From: the human T2T-CHM13v2.0 reference genome, Homo sapiens
NCBI RefSeq assembly: GCF_009914755.1
Contig: NC_060929.1
Direction: 5' to 3' (one strand)
DNA length: 64,000 bases
Shown here: one piece after another, positions 1 through 20,439 of the stretch
How positions within the stretch are numbered: the first letter of the stretch is position 1
Layout of the letters: the number at the start of each line of letters is the position of its first letter
Made by a program: the position numbers and the translations under genes
The notes under the pieces: generated by a model
Told to the model about the DNA's origin: nothing
What the model saw: only the letters and a program-made list of their open reading frames with translations
Database searches by the model: none

Positions 1-464
1 AAGATTAAGGCACCTTTCCCTTTTGTAGTGTTGACTGGACTTTTTTGAGCATGGCAAGGGGCTGGGCAGGTTGGCCACAGACCAGAAAAAGGCGACCAGA
101 AAAAGGCCCCCATATGGGATTTCTAAGCAGATGATTCTCTGTGTAGCTTGGAGACAAGGGAAATGTGTTGCTAGTCCATTAAGAAGAATTTTGTTCACTG
201 GACAGGGCAGGGGAGAGGTATTCTGGAGCCAGGGGATGACTGTAGAGTTGGAACTGGGCCCTGACATCAAGCTGAGGTCTCACTCAGGATTCAGAAGATT
301 TCTAAGGATGTGTATGCTCTGTTTAGCCAAAGTTCCACTCCTGGTTTAGAGAAATAATTCCCCTAATCGCCAAAGGCCTCATATTTGATCCTACCTACTC
401 TACCATTCTTAAACCTGAGCCAAGTGAGTGCCAATCCATCCAAAGTCTCAAGAGCCCAAGTTTA

Positions 465-815
<351 letters not shown>

Positions 816-835
816 TCAGACTTCTCAGCATGAAG

Positions 836-1130
<295 letters not shown>

Positions 1131-1247
1131 TGAAGTGTTTTTAAAAGATGCATAAATTCCAGTGAGAAGAAGCTCTGTACTTACTTCCTCCCTCATGTTA
1201 TACTGTTAGGTGTTTAGGTTATTCTAATTTAAAAAAAAATTTTTTTA

Positions 1248-1539
<292 letters not shown>

Positions 1540-2069
1540 TTCCCCATAACATTTCAATATCTAATATTTAGGTATATAGCTCTTTTTTTTTTAAAAAAAA
1601 AAGTATTTTTCTTGATGATAAACTACTAGGAATAGGTTATCAGACCAACAAACATAAATGTTTTTTGATGCCTGAGATTCGAATAATGTCAAAAGTAAAA
1701 ACTGGGGAATGTCTTAAGGGCATTACAGCAGTCCTTGCCCTGTGATGTCTATCATCGGTAATAGCATATTTCACTTACCAGGTTGGCAAAGATTAAAAAG
1801 CCTGAAACTTCCCAGTATGCAGTATCAGAAACAGTAACACACTAGTGTTACGGGCTGAACTGTGTCCCCCTGGCCCCACCCTCCCCAATTCATTTGTTTA
1901 AGTCCTAACTCCCAGTAACCTCTGAACATGTCTACATTTGGTGATAGGGTCTTTAAAGAGATGATTAAGCTAACATGAGGTCTCCAAGTTGGGCTCTGAT
2001 CCAATATGTTGTTGTAAGAAGAGAAAATTTAGATAGGGACAGAGGGAAGACGATGTAAAGACAAAGGGA

Positions 2070-2368
2070 GGCTGGGCGCGGTGGCTCATGCCTGTAATTC
2101 CAGCACTTTGGGAGGCTGGGGTGGGCGAATCACTGGAGGCCAGGAATTCAAGACCACCAACCTGGTCAACATGGTGAAACCTCGTCTCTACTAAAAATAG
2201 AAAAATTAGCCAGGTGTGGTGGCACACGTGTTGTAATCCCAGCTACTTAGGAGACTGAGGCAGGAGAATCGCTTGAACCTGGGAGGTGGAGTTGCAGTGA
2301 GATGAGATGGTGCCACTGCACTCCAGCCCAGGCAACAGAGCGAGACTCTGTCTCAATTAAAAAAAAAA
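2070..2368 (+). mobile_element. Alu (sense)
   Basis: GGCTGGGCGCGGTGGCTCATGCCTGTAAT ... CTCAATTAAAAAAAAAA. Confidence 0.85.
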
Positions 2369-2781
2369 CAAAGGGAGATGATGGCCATCTACAAGCCATG
2401 GAGAGAGGCCTGGAACAGATCCTTCCTTATGGCCTTCAGAAAGAACTAGGCCTGCCAACATGTTATGTCAACTTCCAGCCTCTGGAACTGTGAGAAAATA
2501 AATTTCTGTTGTTTAGACTACCTAGTCTATGGTACTTTGTTATGGTAGCCCTAGCAAACTAATACAGTAGGTAAAAACAGTCTCATAAATATGTACAATT
2601 AAATATCAATAAAAAGAGACATTGATGAAGGAAACAACAGATAATTTCAGACAGTTTTATAGCCTAAAGGCAATAAACTAGCTCATTGTGATAAGAGAGA
2701 GAACAGCTACTTTAAAGAAGGTAGTTGGAGAAGATTACTTGAGGAGTGGCATTTTAGCTGAGCTCTGAAATTAAAATCTGG

Positions 2782-2925
2782 CTGGCTGGACGTGGTGGCT
2801 CATGCCTGTAATGTCAGCACTTTGGGAGGCTGAGGAAGGAGGACCACTTGAGGCCAGGGGTTTGTTCGCAAGCAGCCTGGGCAACATAGCAAGACCTCTG
2901 TCTCTATTTGTATTTTTTTTTTTAA
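2782..2925 (+). mobile_element. Alu monomer / truncated Alu (sense)
   Basis: Left-arm Alu sequence followed by a T/A-rich tail; only ~145 bp. Confidence 0.6.
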
Positions 2926-3239
2926 AAAAGGAATTAAAATCTGCAGTCTCTAGTATAATCTGAAATAAATCATGCAAAGAGCTAAGGAAAGGGAGTTCAG
3001 GAAAGGGGAAGAGCAAGAACAAAGGTGTGGAGGTACAAACACACTGACTATGTTCCAAGAGTAGGAAGAAGACCAGAGTAGCATAGTGGGCAAGAGGAAA
3101 AATAGCATGAGATGAGGTAGGAGAGGCAGTGGCCAGATCACCTAGGGCTCTGTAAACCTGAGTAAAGAGTTTGGGTTGTACTATAAGTGCAGTGGGAATC
3201 ACTGGGTTTGAAGCAGGTAGTAATGCAATCTGGGTTGGC

Positions 3240-3400
3240 TGGTTTGTTTTAGAGACAGGGGCTTGCTACATTGCCCAGACTGGAGTATGGTGGCTATTCA
3301 CAGGCACCATCATAGCACACTACAGCCTTGAACTCCTCGGATCCAGTGATCTTTCTGCTTCAGCCTCCTGAGAAGCAGGAACTACAGATGTGCCCAGTTG
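3240..3400 (-). mobile_element. Partial Alu (antisense)
   Basis: AGAGACAGGGGCTTGCTACATTGCCCAGACTGGAGT ... CTCAGCCTCCTGAG, Alu right-arm complement. Confidence 0.6.
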
Positions 3401-3756
3401 CAATCTAGTTTTTAATAGCAAAGAACTACTAACAACTTCAGAGTCCATCAATAGGAGAGTGGTTGCATATTTATGTACGTATGGTTTGCATGAATCTAGA
3501 AAACATTCCAAGTACAGATGCCACGCAATACAATGTAGAGAGGACCCAGAACAATTACCATTCCAAAGAATGGCTCTCTTTTGGAATCTGCTGGCCACAA
3601 CCAAGATAATAAAAGACAGGGCCTCTCCCTCCAAGCCATTCTTGTCCCTCTTCTTATTGGAGCAAAGACTGGTCTGTGTCCACAACAGGAGTGGGCCCTT
3701 TGGACCCTCACTCTCTTGTTGTCATCTTCTTTGTTATTCAAATGCCCACTCATCTA

Positions 3757-4029
<273 letters not shown>

Positions 4030-4236
4030 CTACAGGCCACTGAGTTTTAAAACAAGTACAAATAATTCCCTATTAATTCCCACACCCATTTGCTATCTGC
4101 CTTCCAAACTCCATTCCCTTTTAAGTTTGGGTCTATTTTCTAAAATTCTTAGAACTCTTTTCTTTAAGCCATTTTTCTAAACACTCTCTCTCGGATAACA
4201 GAACATTTCCTGGCCTAATAACAAACACCTACCTGA

Positions 4237-4530
4237 GGCCAGGCACAGTGGCTCACGCCTGTAATCCCAGCACTTCGGGAGGCCAAGGCAGATGGATTGC
4301 CTGAGGTCAGGGGTTCGAGACCAGCCTGGCCAACATGGTGAAACCTCGTCTCTACTAAAAATACAGAAATTAGCCGGGTGCGACGACACGCCCCTTGTAG
4401 TCCCAGCTACTTGGGAGGCTGATGCATGAGGATCCTTGAACCTGGGAGGTGGAGGTTGCAGTGAGCCGAGATTGTGCCACTGCACTCCAGCCTGGGCAAC
4501 AGAGTGAGACTGTCTCAATAAAACAAACAA
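4237..4530 (+). mobile_element. Alu (sense)
   Basis: GGCCAGGCACAGTGGCTCACGCCTGTAATCCCAGCACTTCGGGAGG ... Confidence 0.85.
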
Positions 4531-4692
4531 ATGGTGGTGGCAGGTGCCTGTAATCCCAGCTACTCAGGAGGCTCAAGGCAGGGAGAATCACTTGAACCTG
4601 GGAGGCGGAGGTTGCAGTGAGCCAAGATTGCACCACTGCACTCCAGACTGAGAGACAGAGCGAGACTCTGTCTCAAAAACAAAACAAACCAA
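4531..4692 (+). mobile_element. Alu right-arm fragment (sense)
   Basis: TGGTGGTGGCAGGTGCCTGTAATCCCAGCTACTCAGGAGGCT...GAGACTCTGTCTCAAAAACAAAAC. Confidence 0.7.
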
Positions 4693-4695
4693 CCA

Positions 4696-5036
<341 letters not shown>

Positions 5037-6123
5037 CTACATGATTATAGGCAATATAACCAACTCAAACTGGCTCAACTAATTGAATTCCAAATTTTAT
5101 AAGCAACGTTTCTCTCCCAATATAACTTTTCTTTTAAATCTTAGTTACAACTGTTTGTTCTCTAATTTGTTTCTGGTAACAACTCTATGACATAGGCTAG
5201 GCAGATAAATTTTACAGATGAAGTACAGGATGTTGAGAAGTTAAGTCATTTCTTAAGGCCATTCAGCATGTTCGTGGCAGTCAGGACTAGAACTGTGTTG
5301 TCCTTCCAGGTCAGAGCTTCCAATCTGGGCTTTTATACCCTACTCCAAAGTCTTTGGTTTCAGGACCTCTTTACACTCTTACTATGTATTCAAGACCCCA
5401 AAGTGGATTATACCTATCAATATTTACTGTATTAGAATTAGAACGGCAAAAATTTTAAAATATTTATTCATTTAACAAATAACATATGTTAACACAAATA
5501 ATATATCTATTATATGTTAACGCAAATAATATTTTAGAAAAAGGTAACTGTTTTCCAAAACAATTTAGTGAGAAGAGTGGCACTGATTTACATCTTTGCA
5601 AATCTTTAATGTCTGACTGAATAGAAGACAGCAGGATTCTCATATGTGATTTTTGCATTCAATCTGTCGTGATATGTCGTGCTGGTTGAAGTATATAACG
5701 AAAATCTAACCTTACACAGATATGTAGTTGTAAAAGGAAGAGTATTTTAACAAACTTTTCAGCTAACTGTGGATATTTTTCTTTGGTACTACATCAGAAT
5801 CCAACAAGTGGTTGTTTCTTAAAGATTGGTTGCAATGTGGAATTTGAAAGCTAGATCAATGAACTTAAAAAAAAAAAAAAAAGAACAATTAGTCTCTCAC
5901 TTATCTAGTACCTAGAATAGTCAAATCCATAGAGACAGAAAGTAGAAAGTAGGATAGCAGTTACCAGGGGCTGGAGGGAGGGTGAAGTGGGGAGTTATTG
6001 TTTAATGGGTACAGAGTTTCAATTGGGGATGATGAAAAAATTCTGGAGGTGGATAATGGTGATGGTTATGAGTATGAATGTACTTCATGTTACTGAACTG
6101 TACACTTAAAAATCATTAAAATG

Positions 6124-6457
<334 letters not shown>

Positions 6458-6499
6458 CTACAAAAAAAAATCCACTACTGTATTTTGTACTTTGAATGA

Positions 6500-7222
<723 letters not shown>

Positions 7223-7289
7223 TAGAAAACTCTTTAATTATTGGGAAGCTGTCAAGCTTATGATGGAAGATGCAAGTTTTCTAAAATTC

Positions 7290-7606
<317 letters not shown>

Positions 7607-7922
7607 TGAATACTTGAATTTTTTCACTGCCTACAAGTACTGTCAGATGTTTTCCTTGAGGTGACGAGGCTCACTTCGTTTATTGTTGTAAAAATGTCTG
7701 CCAAATATTTAAGTTTGAAAAACCATAATTTATCTTTCAGTTGTTAATTCAAATAAAACAAGATGTTCTATGAAAAAAGTAGCTAGATCAGCTTGCAACT
7801 TGAACAATGGCATAAGCATTTTCCCTACCTTGGCGTGCAGAAGTGCTTTATGTGTACTTCCCATTTTGTCATAGCAAATATTTAAAAATAGGGTCCTCAA
7901 GGGTCAAGATTCAATAAAATCA

Positions 7923-8258
<336 letters not shown>

Positions 8259-8295
8259 TTACCATTTTATCAATGACATAGTTAAGTAAAACTGA

Positions 8296-8336
8296 ATTTT
8301 TTAAATTAATTAATTAATTAATTTATTTATTTACTT
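8296..8336. repeat. (TTAA/TTTA)n simple repeat
   Basis: ttaaattaattaattaattaatttatttatttactt. Confidence 0.8.
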
Positions 8337-8506
8337 ACTGTGAGTGCATGGCAGTGAAGAACACACTGGCTATTAGTACAGTTTAGTGTCACTGTCTTAA
8401 TGTATGCTAAGGCACCAGCAGTTCTACTCACCAGCGCTTTTGTGCCTTCAGTGCAAATGTTAACACAACGAAAAAGGCAGATAATGTCTTAGAATTATTA
8501 TAGAAG

Positions 8507-8893
<387 letters not shown>

Positions 8894-10079
8894 CTATTGT
8901 TAATACTAAAATGGATATTAACTCTCTAGCATAATCTTAACACTATAGTATGGAAATTTTCAAAGACACAATATAGAGAATAGTATTACAGGTCACCATT
9001 TATCCATTACCCAGCTTCAACAACCATTAACATCTGCTATTCTTATTTCATTTAAGCCCTGACATGTTTTTCTTACATATTTTTAAATAAATCCCAGACG
9101 TCATATCATTTCATCCATAAATACTTCAGTATGAATCTCTAACTCATACGGACATTTAAAAAACCCCAAAGACTCTATCTTTATTATAACTAACAAAACT
9201 AACAGCAACTCCTTAATATTATCTAATGCTAAGCCATGGTCAGTTTTCCCCAGTTGCCTCAATAATATCTTTTTATGGTTGATTTATTTGAATCAGCTTC
9301 AGAATGAAGTCTATGCGTTGTAATCAGCTGATATGTCTATTTAATCTACAATAGTTTCCTTCCCTCCCCAACTTTTTTTTTTTATTTTAAAAAGGTCATT
9401 TATTAACTGAGGAAATTGGGCCATTTGTCCTAAAAAAAAATTTTCACATTCTAGATTTGGTGAACAATATGCTTGATGTGCCATCTAACATGTTCCTCCA
9501 TCTCTAGTATTTCCTGTAAACTGATAGTTAGTCCAAAGATCTGATTAGATTCAAGTTCAATTTACTTGGCAAGAATACTTCCCAGGTGGTGCTGTGTACT
9601 TCTTCTTGCATCACATCAGCAGGAACATAATGTCTAGTTGTCCTACTTTTAGTGATGTTAAAACTGATCACTAGTGAGGACAGACTGATCCATCATAAAT
9701 TCCACAGTAAGCTTTTCATCTAATAGTTTGAAAAATCATTGATGATCACCACTTTGGGATTTTACACTGTCTCTTTAACCTTCAAAAATTAGTTATATGT
9801 AGAAAGAAACAGCTCAATGAATTTAGGATCCCAAAGAATTAACCTTAACACAAGGAAAACAGACCATCTCCCCTCTCCTTTGGAATTCAATTTCAAATAC
9901 ATGTATTAAATAGAATCATCCCTCAGTATCCACAGGAGATTTGTTCTGGGCCCCATGTGGATACCAAAAATCCATGGATGCTCAAGCCCTTGACATAAAA
10001 TTATATGCACATCCTCCTATATACTTTAAATAGTCTCTAGAGTGTTTATAATGCCTTAGACAATGTAAAGGCTATGTAA

Positions 10080-10286
<207 letters not shown>

Positions 10287-10845
10287 TAATCGTTTCTTTT
10301 CCCCTGAATGGTTTTGATCCACAGTTGGTTGAATCTGTGAATGTGGGACCTTGGGATATGGAGGGCTGACTATACCTATTTAGGCATCTAGTCTCAGTCT
10401 CAGGGTAAATAAACGACATAAATAACTACTTAAAGTTGGTGTAATAACAAATATGTATGAAGTGCCAAGAGCACCTAGATGAAGGGGTAAACAGTTCTGT
10501 TTATAGAACTTACAGAAAGTGGAACTGAACTGGAGGATGAGCTCAGAATCTCCAACCTCATTCCACTCTACTCTCCTTAACTTAGTTCTAGCCATGTAGA
10601 TCATCCTCTAGTTCCTCAAAACTACCAAAGTTCTTTCCCACTTTAGGGTTTCCATACTCTACCTGGACCTATCTTTGTCACACTTGTCCTCTGGCTATCT
10701 CCTACTCATTCATTAGATCAGTTAGTATATCACTTCCTCAGTTAGCCTTTCTCAGACTCCCCAGTTCTCCCTTATTTTTCTCAGAGCAACCTTAATTTCT
10801 TTATATCATTTTTCACAATATGTAATTACATAACCACATGTGGTG

Positions 10846-11142
10846 GCCGGGTGCGGTGGCACACGTCTGTAATCCCAGCACTTTGGGAGACTGAGGCGGG
10901 CAGATCACTTGAGGTCAGAAGTTCAAGACCATTCTGGCCAATATGGTGAAACCCCGTCTCTACTAAAAATACAAAAATTAGCTGGGCATGGTGGTGGGCA
11001 CCTGTAGTCCCAGCTACTCAGGAGGCTGAAGCAGGAGAATCGCTTGAACCCAGGAGGCAGCGGCTGCAGTGAGCCAAGATGTGCCACTGCACTCCAGCCT
11101 GTGCAATAGAGGATACTCCGTTTAAAAAAAAAACAAAAAAAA
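10846..11142 (+). mobile_element. Alu (sense), HARS1 intron 2
   Basis: GGCCGGGTGCGGTGGCACACGTCTGTAATCCCAGCACTTTGGGAGACTGAGGCGGGCAGATCAC ... Confidence 0.85.
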
Positions 11143-11515
11143 TCTGTGTGGGATTATTTGTTCTAAGTCTCTCTCCTTCAGTAGAATGTAAGCTTCATGA
11201 GGGTAGGCTATATTGTCCACCATGGTATATATTCAGTGCTTTGTATAGTGCTAGAGACATAGCGCTAAATACACATTTATTGAATGAACGAAGGAGTAGC
11301 AGCAGCAGGCTGACTCCCCTGATCACCCAGCTGGCCTAGTTTCTGCCATCACTTTGCCATCCCAGAATGACTCAGGTAGAGTCCAGTCCAGCCCAGCGCC
11401 CAGAGCGACTGTCCTCTCCTCTGCAGCATTTCAGATCCTCCTCAATGACCTGGTTTAGGGAGGCAGACATAAGCGCCCCGTGAGTAGAGTTAGAGACTTT
11501 CTCAGTGGCTCCCTA

Positions 11516-11656
<141 letters not shown>

Positions 11657-11818
11657 TCACTCTCCTCCCTCCCCCGCCATTCATTCAATATTCCTCCCTC
11701 ATCACATCTCTCTGCTCAGGCCTAGCTTTGTTTCTCTCGGGACCCACCCCGGATGTCTCCCCACGCAGCCCACTCTCCTCCCTACAAGACTGGTCGCTTC
11801 CCTCACATCTCTACCCTA

Positions 11819-12513
<695 letters not shown>

Positions 12514-13286
12514 TAGTGTTACAATCGGTTTTTATCGAGTGCCCACTATGTACTGACACTGAACTAAGCGATTTGGATGCCTGGTCATTTAATCCTTGGA
12601 GCAATCTTGAGAGGTTGGAGTTTTGATTTCCATTCTGCAGTTGAGGAAACGGAGGCTGCAAGATTAAATGAATGACTTATACACGGATATGTAGTAAGGG
12701 AGTATTTTAATTCATATCCACACTTTTTCCTGAAACTCTTGGACTCAAACAGTAACATTTTTAAGCGAAATATATGAATATTCCTAGTAAATGAGATGAC
12801 TAAAGATCAGAAGTAGACTGAGTTCATCTTAGAATTTACCTCAAAATGAATCTCAGAAAAACATTTTCAGATGTCAGAGAGTTTTGGATTTTGGAATTGC
12901 AGATAAGGGATTGTGTACTTGAACTTGGACTTCTCTTAGGGCAGATAATCGCCATAGTATGGAACCACCACATCCTCTATTTTTGGAAGGGCATACAGCG
13001 TGCTGGTAATGTCACTGATTAAGTTTTGCCTTACTTCGGAAAGATTCTAATGCTCTCTTAGCAGATGCTTTGTGCTATCGTGAACAATAGGGCACAGATC
13101 TTTTATTGATATTCAATCACAGCATCTTATCAGTCTGAGTTTTTTAGTTCATTCAAGAAATCCATATCTTATCATTCCACAGGCTTGTTCTGTGTCCTTG
13201 AGCTGGTTCCCTTGTCTTCAAGTTACAGTTTTCCTCTCTCTAAACCTGATAACCAGTGCTACCTTATTAAAAATTATTATTTTTTT

Positions 13287-13582
13287 GTCCGGGCACAGTG
13301 GCTCATGCCTGTAATCCCATCACTTTGGGAGGCCAAGGGTGGTGGATCACCTGAGGTCAGGAGTTTGAGACCAGCCTGACCTATATGGCGAAACCCCGTA
13401 TCTACTAAAAATACAAAAATTAGCCGGGCGTGGTGGCATGTGCCTGTAATCCCAGCTACTCGGGAGGCAGAGACAGGAGAATCGCTTGAACCCGGGAGGT
13501 GGAGGTTGCAGGAGCTGAGATCGTGCCACTGCACTCCAGCCTGGGCGACAGAGTAAGACTCTATCTGAAAAAAAAAAAAAAA
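13287..13582 (+). mobile_element. Alu (sense), HARS2 intron 1
   Basis: GTCCGGGCACAGTGGCTCATGCCTGTAATCCCATCACTTTGGGAGGCC ... Confidence 0.85.
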
Positions 13583-13726
13583 TTATTTTTGCTCTTTCAG
13601 TAGGAACGGTGACCTGGAGAAGATCACCATAATCCCTACCCCTGAATGGTTGGTGTTGGTAGTGGTGGGTTGTTCAGTGCCTTCATTATTCTCAGATTCT
13701 TAAAGTATTTGAGAATATTAAAAATG

Positions 13727-14025
13727 CGGCTGAGCTCTGTGGCTCATGTCTGTAATCCCAGCACTTTGGGAGGCTGAAGCGGTTGGATCACGAGGTCAGG
13801 AGTTCAAGAGCAGCCTGGCCAACATGGTGAAACCCCATCTCTACTAAAAATACAAAAATTAGCTGGGCGTGGTGGTGGCGCGCCTGTAGTCCCAGCTACT
13901 CAGGAGGCTAAGGCAGGAGAATTGCTTGAACCAGGAGGCAGAGATTGCAGTGAGCCGTGATTGTGCCACTGTACTCCAGCCTGGGCAACAGACCGAGACT
14001 CTGTCTCAAAAAAAAAAAAAAAAAT
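13727..14025 (+). mobile_element. Alu (sense), HARS2 intron 1
   Basis: GCGGCTGAGCTCTGTGGCTCATGTCTGTAATCCCAGCACTTTGGGAGGCTGAAGCGG ... Confidence 0.85.
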
Positions 14026-14134
14026 CCATATACAGTGAGGAAGCTTGTGTGGTGAAGACCTGACCTCATATATATTACACGTGTAATTGTAAATACAACA
14101 TAGATTCTTTGGGGTGGGACTGAGATTGGGATAG

Positions 14135-14443
<309 letters not shown>

Positions 14444-14541
14444 TAAAAATATATACTATTCTTGAGATACTAGGTGCGGCTCAGAGTCATTTGAACTCAG
14501 TAGATTTCAGCTCCAGACCTGAGATTACATAATAAGTGTAG

Positions 14542-14965
<424 letters not shown>

Positions 14966-15260
14966 TGAGTACTAGAGCCTGACCTGTCTCTTTCCAAATC
15001 CAGCGGGCTTTCTCTGACAAAAGTGGAGAACGTGACTTTGGGATCTTAGAGGTCCATTGCCTATACTTCTAGTTTCTCCCAGAAGGCAGTTCTGCTACGG
15101 AAGCCTGGCCTGGAGCCCTGTCATTTAACTCTAGTGTGTATCATAATCCTTTGGGGGAGCTTGCAGAAGCACAGACATTTGGCTGCAGTCCCAGAGATTC
15201 TTAGCTAATTCTGTAGCTGGAATGGGGCTCAATAATTTGTATTAAAAAATTGTTTTTTTT

Positions 15261-15756
<496 letters not shown>

Positions 15757-16192
15757 TACAGTCTGCATTTTAAACAAGCATCGTGGGTAATTAAGATGCA
15801 TGTAGTCCTTTCCCTGCACTTTCAGAACCAGTAGCTTAGAAGTTGTTAGGCAAATCCAAGTTCTGAAGCTTGACTATTTTGAGATGGTTCGGAATCGATC
15901 TGAATGGGCAGAAAGACCTGAAGTTAGTTCTTGGGTCACTTCTATCTCTACTTGCCTTGCTTTCTGCTGAACTTTTAGTTTTGCTAGGTGAGATTCCTTC
16001 ATTTGACACTATTCAATATATATTGAATTCCAAGCACTGCTAGGCCTTGGGGATAGTGGAAAAAAGGGAAGGTCCTTGTTCTTACCCTAGTGGATGAGAT
16101 CCAGTTGATATAGGCCCAGTCCTCCCTAATGTCTGTATACTGGGCCTAATCTTTGGATGCAGTATCCCTCTTCCTTAACCCATTTATGTGAG

Positions 16193-16318
16193 GTTCCCTT
16201 TGCTCGTTATCTGGCCATGAATAAGGTGAAGAAGATGAAACGTTATCATGTTGGAAAGGTGTGGCGGCGAGAGAGCCCAACCATAGTCCAAGGCCGTTAT
16301 AGGGAGTTCTGCCAGTGT
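16193..16318 (+). CDS. HARS2: HARS2 coding exon 5 ([42 protein letters not shown], class II aaRS motif region)
   Basis: ORF 16157..16456; gtgag|GTT acceptor, TGT|gtaagt donor. Confidence 0.9.
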
Positions 16319-16422
16319 GTAAGTGACCTGATGGGAGCAGCACAGTTTGATAGTTCTAGGGGCCACAACCTTGAAACTGGCTGGATAATGGATGTTTTTT
16401 CCCATCTTTTTCTTTGCTGTAG

Positions 16423-16605
<183 letters not shown>

Positions 16606-16787
16606 TGACTCCAACCCTTAAGCCTGCAACTGTAGGACTTTCCTAGTAAAGCTGTTGTATTTCCTATATGTCTGTACTCTTCCTGTGAAATTTCCATCCT
16701 TTTTGTGTGTCAGGAAAGTAGGTACTGCCATTGTTTTGAGTGGAAGGGCATTGACAAGCACTTGGGTCACTGACATTGAGTTCTCAG

Positions 16788-16886
16788 GTAAATGACCGGC
16801 GGATTGTGGATGGGATGTTTGCTGTCTGTGGTGTTCCTGAAAGCAAGTTCCGTGCCATCTGCTCCTCCATAGATAAACTAGACAAG
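16788..16886 (+). CDS. HARS2: HARS2 coding exon 7 ([33 protein letters not shown])
   Basis: ctcag acceptor, AAG|gtaaca donor. Confidence 0.9.
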
Positions 16887-17205
16887 GTAACAAAGAAGAC
16901 ATACTTCAGTAGACCCTATCTAGCTTCTGCCCTGCCCTCAAATCCATACCACTAGTGAAAAATAAGGAGATTGTGGCTGGAAGTGGGCTATTTTGGGGTG
17001 GAAGGTAAGGAGGCATACTCTGAAGGAAGATCTGAGTCATGCTATACAGTGGGGATTGTGACTGGATTTCTTAAGCTGTCTCTGACTTTGCTGAGTATAC
17101 AGTTAGCTACTTGTGATGTATATACTGAATGGAAGTTGAGTTGTCCTTTTTCAGTTTGAGAAAGAAAGATCTTGGGGCTGGGCTAATGTTTGGGTGTTTA
17201 TGCAG

Positions 17206-17299
17206 ATGGCTTGGAAAGATGTGAGACATGAGATGGTGGTGAAGAAAGGCCTGGCTCCTGAGGTGGCTGATCGAATTGGGGACTATGTCCAGTGTCATG
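17206..17299 (+). CDS. HARS2: HARS2 coding exon 8 ([31 protein letters not shown] + 1 nt of Gly)
   Basis: ORF 17194..17556; tgcag acceptor, CATG|gtaaga donor; phase 1. Confidence 0.9.
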
Positions 17300-17560
17300 G
17301 TAAGAACCAGGGTTTTCAGAGCTGTGATAGAACCAGGCTGAAGGTGACATGTGCTCAAATTCTACCTCTGAAACAACTCTTTTCTGTAGATATGCTAAGC
17401 TCCAGGGCCTGTCCTGAATTTAATTTCTCTTTTACTTATTGTAACGACTTTGTGTCTTCAGATGGCAAAGCTAGAGGCAAAGGAGGAGGGTCTTGTCATG
17501 TGAGACTGGGATCTTTTTTTTTTTTTTTTTTTTTTAAAGAAAATGAGGAAGACTAGCTAG

Positions 17561-17761
<201 letters not shown>

Positions 17762-17794
17762 TGAATTGCAAATGGACCTCCTGCTGAGCTCTAG

Positions 17795-18103
<309 letters not shown>

Positions 18104-18253
18104 TAGGTGTGAGGTGGGGCTGGAGACCTAAAAACCCTCCTGTTTCTGGAGGTGTAGTTGGAGTGGTTTTCTGATGATTCTTTTTGTCTTGATTTTTGGA
18201 ATTGCTGGTGGAAAGGAGGTTTTTATTAGTTTTACTTTCTTCTCTCTTATTAG

Positions 18254-18382
<129 letters not shown>

Positions 18383-18562
18383 TGATATCTGAGCCATCTG
18401 GGTATGTGTGGAATTTAGGACCCAGGGCTATATCTATCTTATGTCTGGGGTGGAACTCAAAACCTTTTTAGTCTGCTAGCTACTACTGGCTACTAGATTG
18501 GCTTTTTAGGGTAGGCGGACTAGCCACTTATCTCTGGCTTTCTTGGATATCCATGTTCCTGA

Positions 18563-18922
<360 letters not shown>

Positions 18923-19177
18923 TGACTGGGTGGCCAGAAGAAAGACAAATGAAATCCGAATGGGTATTTTGAGACTAATCAACATAATAGACATAGATCA
19001 GGTGTTTGAATCCCTTTCATCTTGAGGGTATACATTCTTCAGGTCAACCCACACTACTCCTTTCTGGTTGTATAAGTAATGGGAGAAGATGCAGAGTAAA
19101 ACAAATCTGGAAAAACAGTGGCTAAGGAGTTAGTATCACTTTCTAGTTTATCACATGAGGATTCTCTTATGTTTCAG

Positions 19178-19237
19178 GTGGCCATTAAACGGGAAAATTT
19201 TGTGGCTGAAATTCAGAAGCGACTGTCTGAGTCTTGA
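19178..19237 (+). CDS. HARS2: HARS2 terminal coding exon (VAIKRENFVAEIQKRLSES, TGA stop at 19235..19237)
   Basis: gtttcag acceptor; stop codon TGA; exon lengths over the 13 exons sum to 1521 nt = 506 codons + stop. Confidence 0.9.
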   Translation: MAIKRENFVAEIQKRLSES

Positions 19238-19972
19238 TCCTTGCCTGATTCCCATCTGCTGCTCTTTGTAGAAAAGGTTTCCTCTAGAACTGAATTCCTC
19301 TGGAATTGAGTGATGGACTTCACAACAACTAGCCAGGAAGGGTGACAAGTACCTTCTGCCTCCTCCATTCTTCCTGGGTGCAGAACTGTAGAAGACCCTG
19401 AGGACTCCTGGGCTAGTGTGAGCAGCTATTCTGCATGGGTGCAGATGGCTGGATGTGAAAGAGACATGCTCTAGCTGCAGAGGCAAATTTGAAGTGCCAC
19501 GGAACGTTGTCAAGAGGTAGTGAGATTGTTGCTGTGAGCAAGGCTCTGGGAGAGTCACCTCAGGCTCAGGATTCTGAACCATTGAGATCAGAAACCAGAT
19601 ACTTAGCCTTCTACTGTAGCTACGGAACCAGATTCTGGTGAATTTGTCCACAATCAGCCATTGGCCTGTCTGGGGAGTTTTTGGAAGACAGCAAAGAGGG
19701 GCAATGGCTGCTTTCAGCTTTGAGGACAGATGCTATCCTAAGGGCATGGCAGTACCCATGTTGATTTGACATCTCTCTAGCCCATCCATTGCTTACAGTA
19801 GAAGAGTGGGGCTGTATGCTTGATAATCTTGAACATTGAACTTAATAGATGACTTGACAAGGTAGAGATCTGATATTTTGAGATTTTGGAGACCATTTCC
19901 TGTGCCAGAATCACTGCTCTATTCCATACCGTGCCATGGAGGCTGTTTTAGAAGTGGTTGGATAACATGTTA

Positions 19973-19978
19973 AATAAA
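19973..19978 (+). promoter_or_regulatory. HARS2: AATAAA polyadenylation signal, candidate HARS2 3' end (~0.74 kb 3'UTR)
   Basis: Canonical hexamer, the first downstream of the HARS2 stop codon. Confidence 0.55.
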
Positions 19979-20168
19979 ATATTAAGTGTAGTAGTTTGGG
20001 TAATTTGTTATTGTTATCAAGGGCTTTGTTTGCATAGACCATAGAAAATGCTTGAGTGTACATTGGAGAATTCTGTGAGGTAGAAGTAACCTCCCTGGGA
20101 TGATGCTTCTGTATTCAGTGATGAGCAGCCACAGTTTCTCCCTCTTTCCCCGTCTCCTCAAGAGGTAG

Positions 20169-20439
<271 letters not shown>

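Noticed and set aside
71-349. 92-codon plus ORF at the window start (MATDQKKATRKRPPYGISKQ...)
   Set aside because: Lies in HARS1 intron 4, antisense to the gene. No recognisable domain. No support.
17505-17530. 25-nt poly-T tract in HARS2 intron 8
   Set aside because: Simple mononucleotide run, probably the remnant tail of a degraded antisense repeat. A Pol III terminator role is implausible inside a Pol II intron without a nearby promoter.
19151-19651. 166-codon minus-strand ORF
   Set aside because: Lies antisense within the HARS2 terminal exon and 3'UTR. No similarity to anything I recognise and no conservation argument. Most likely a chance ORF.
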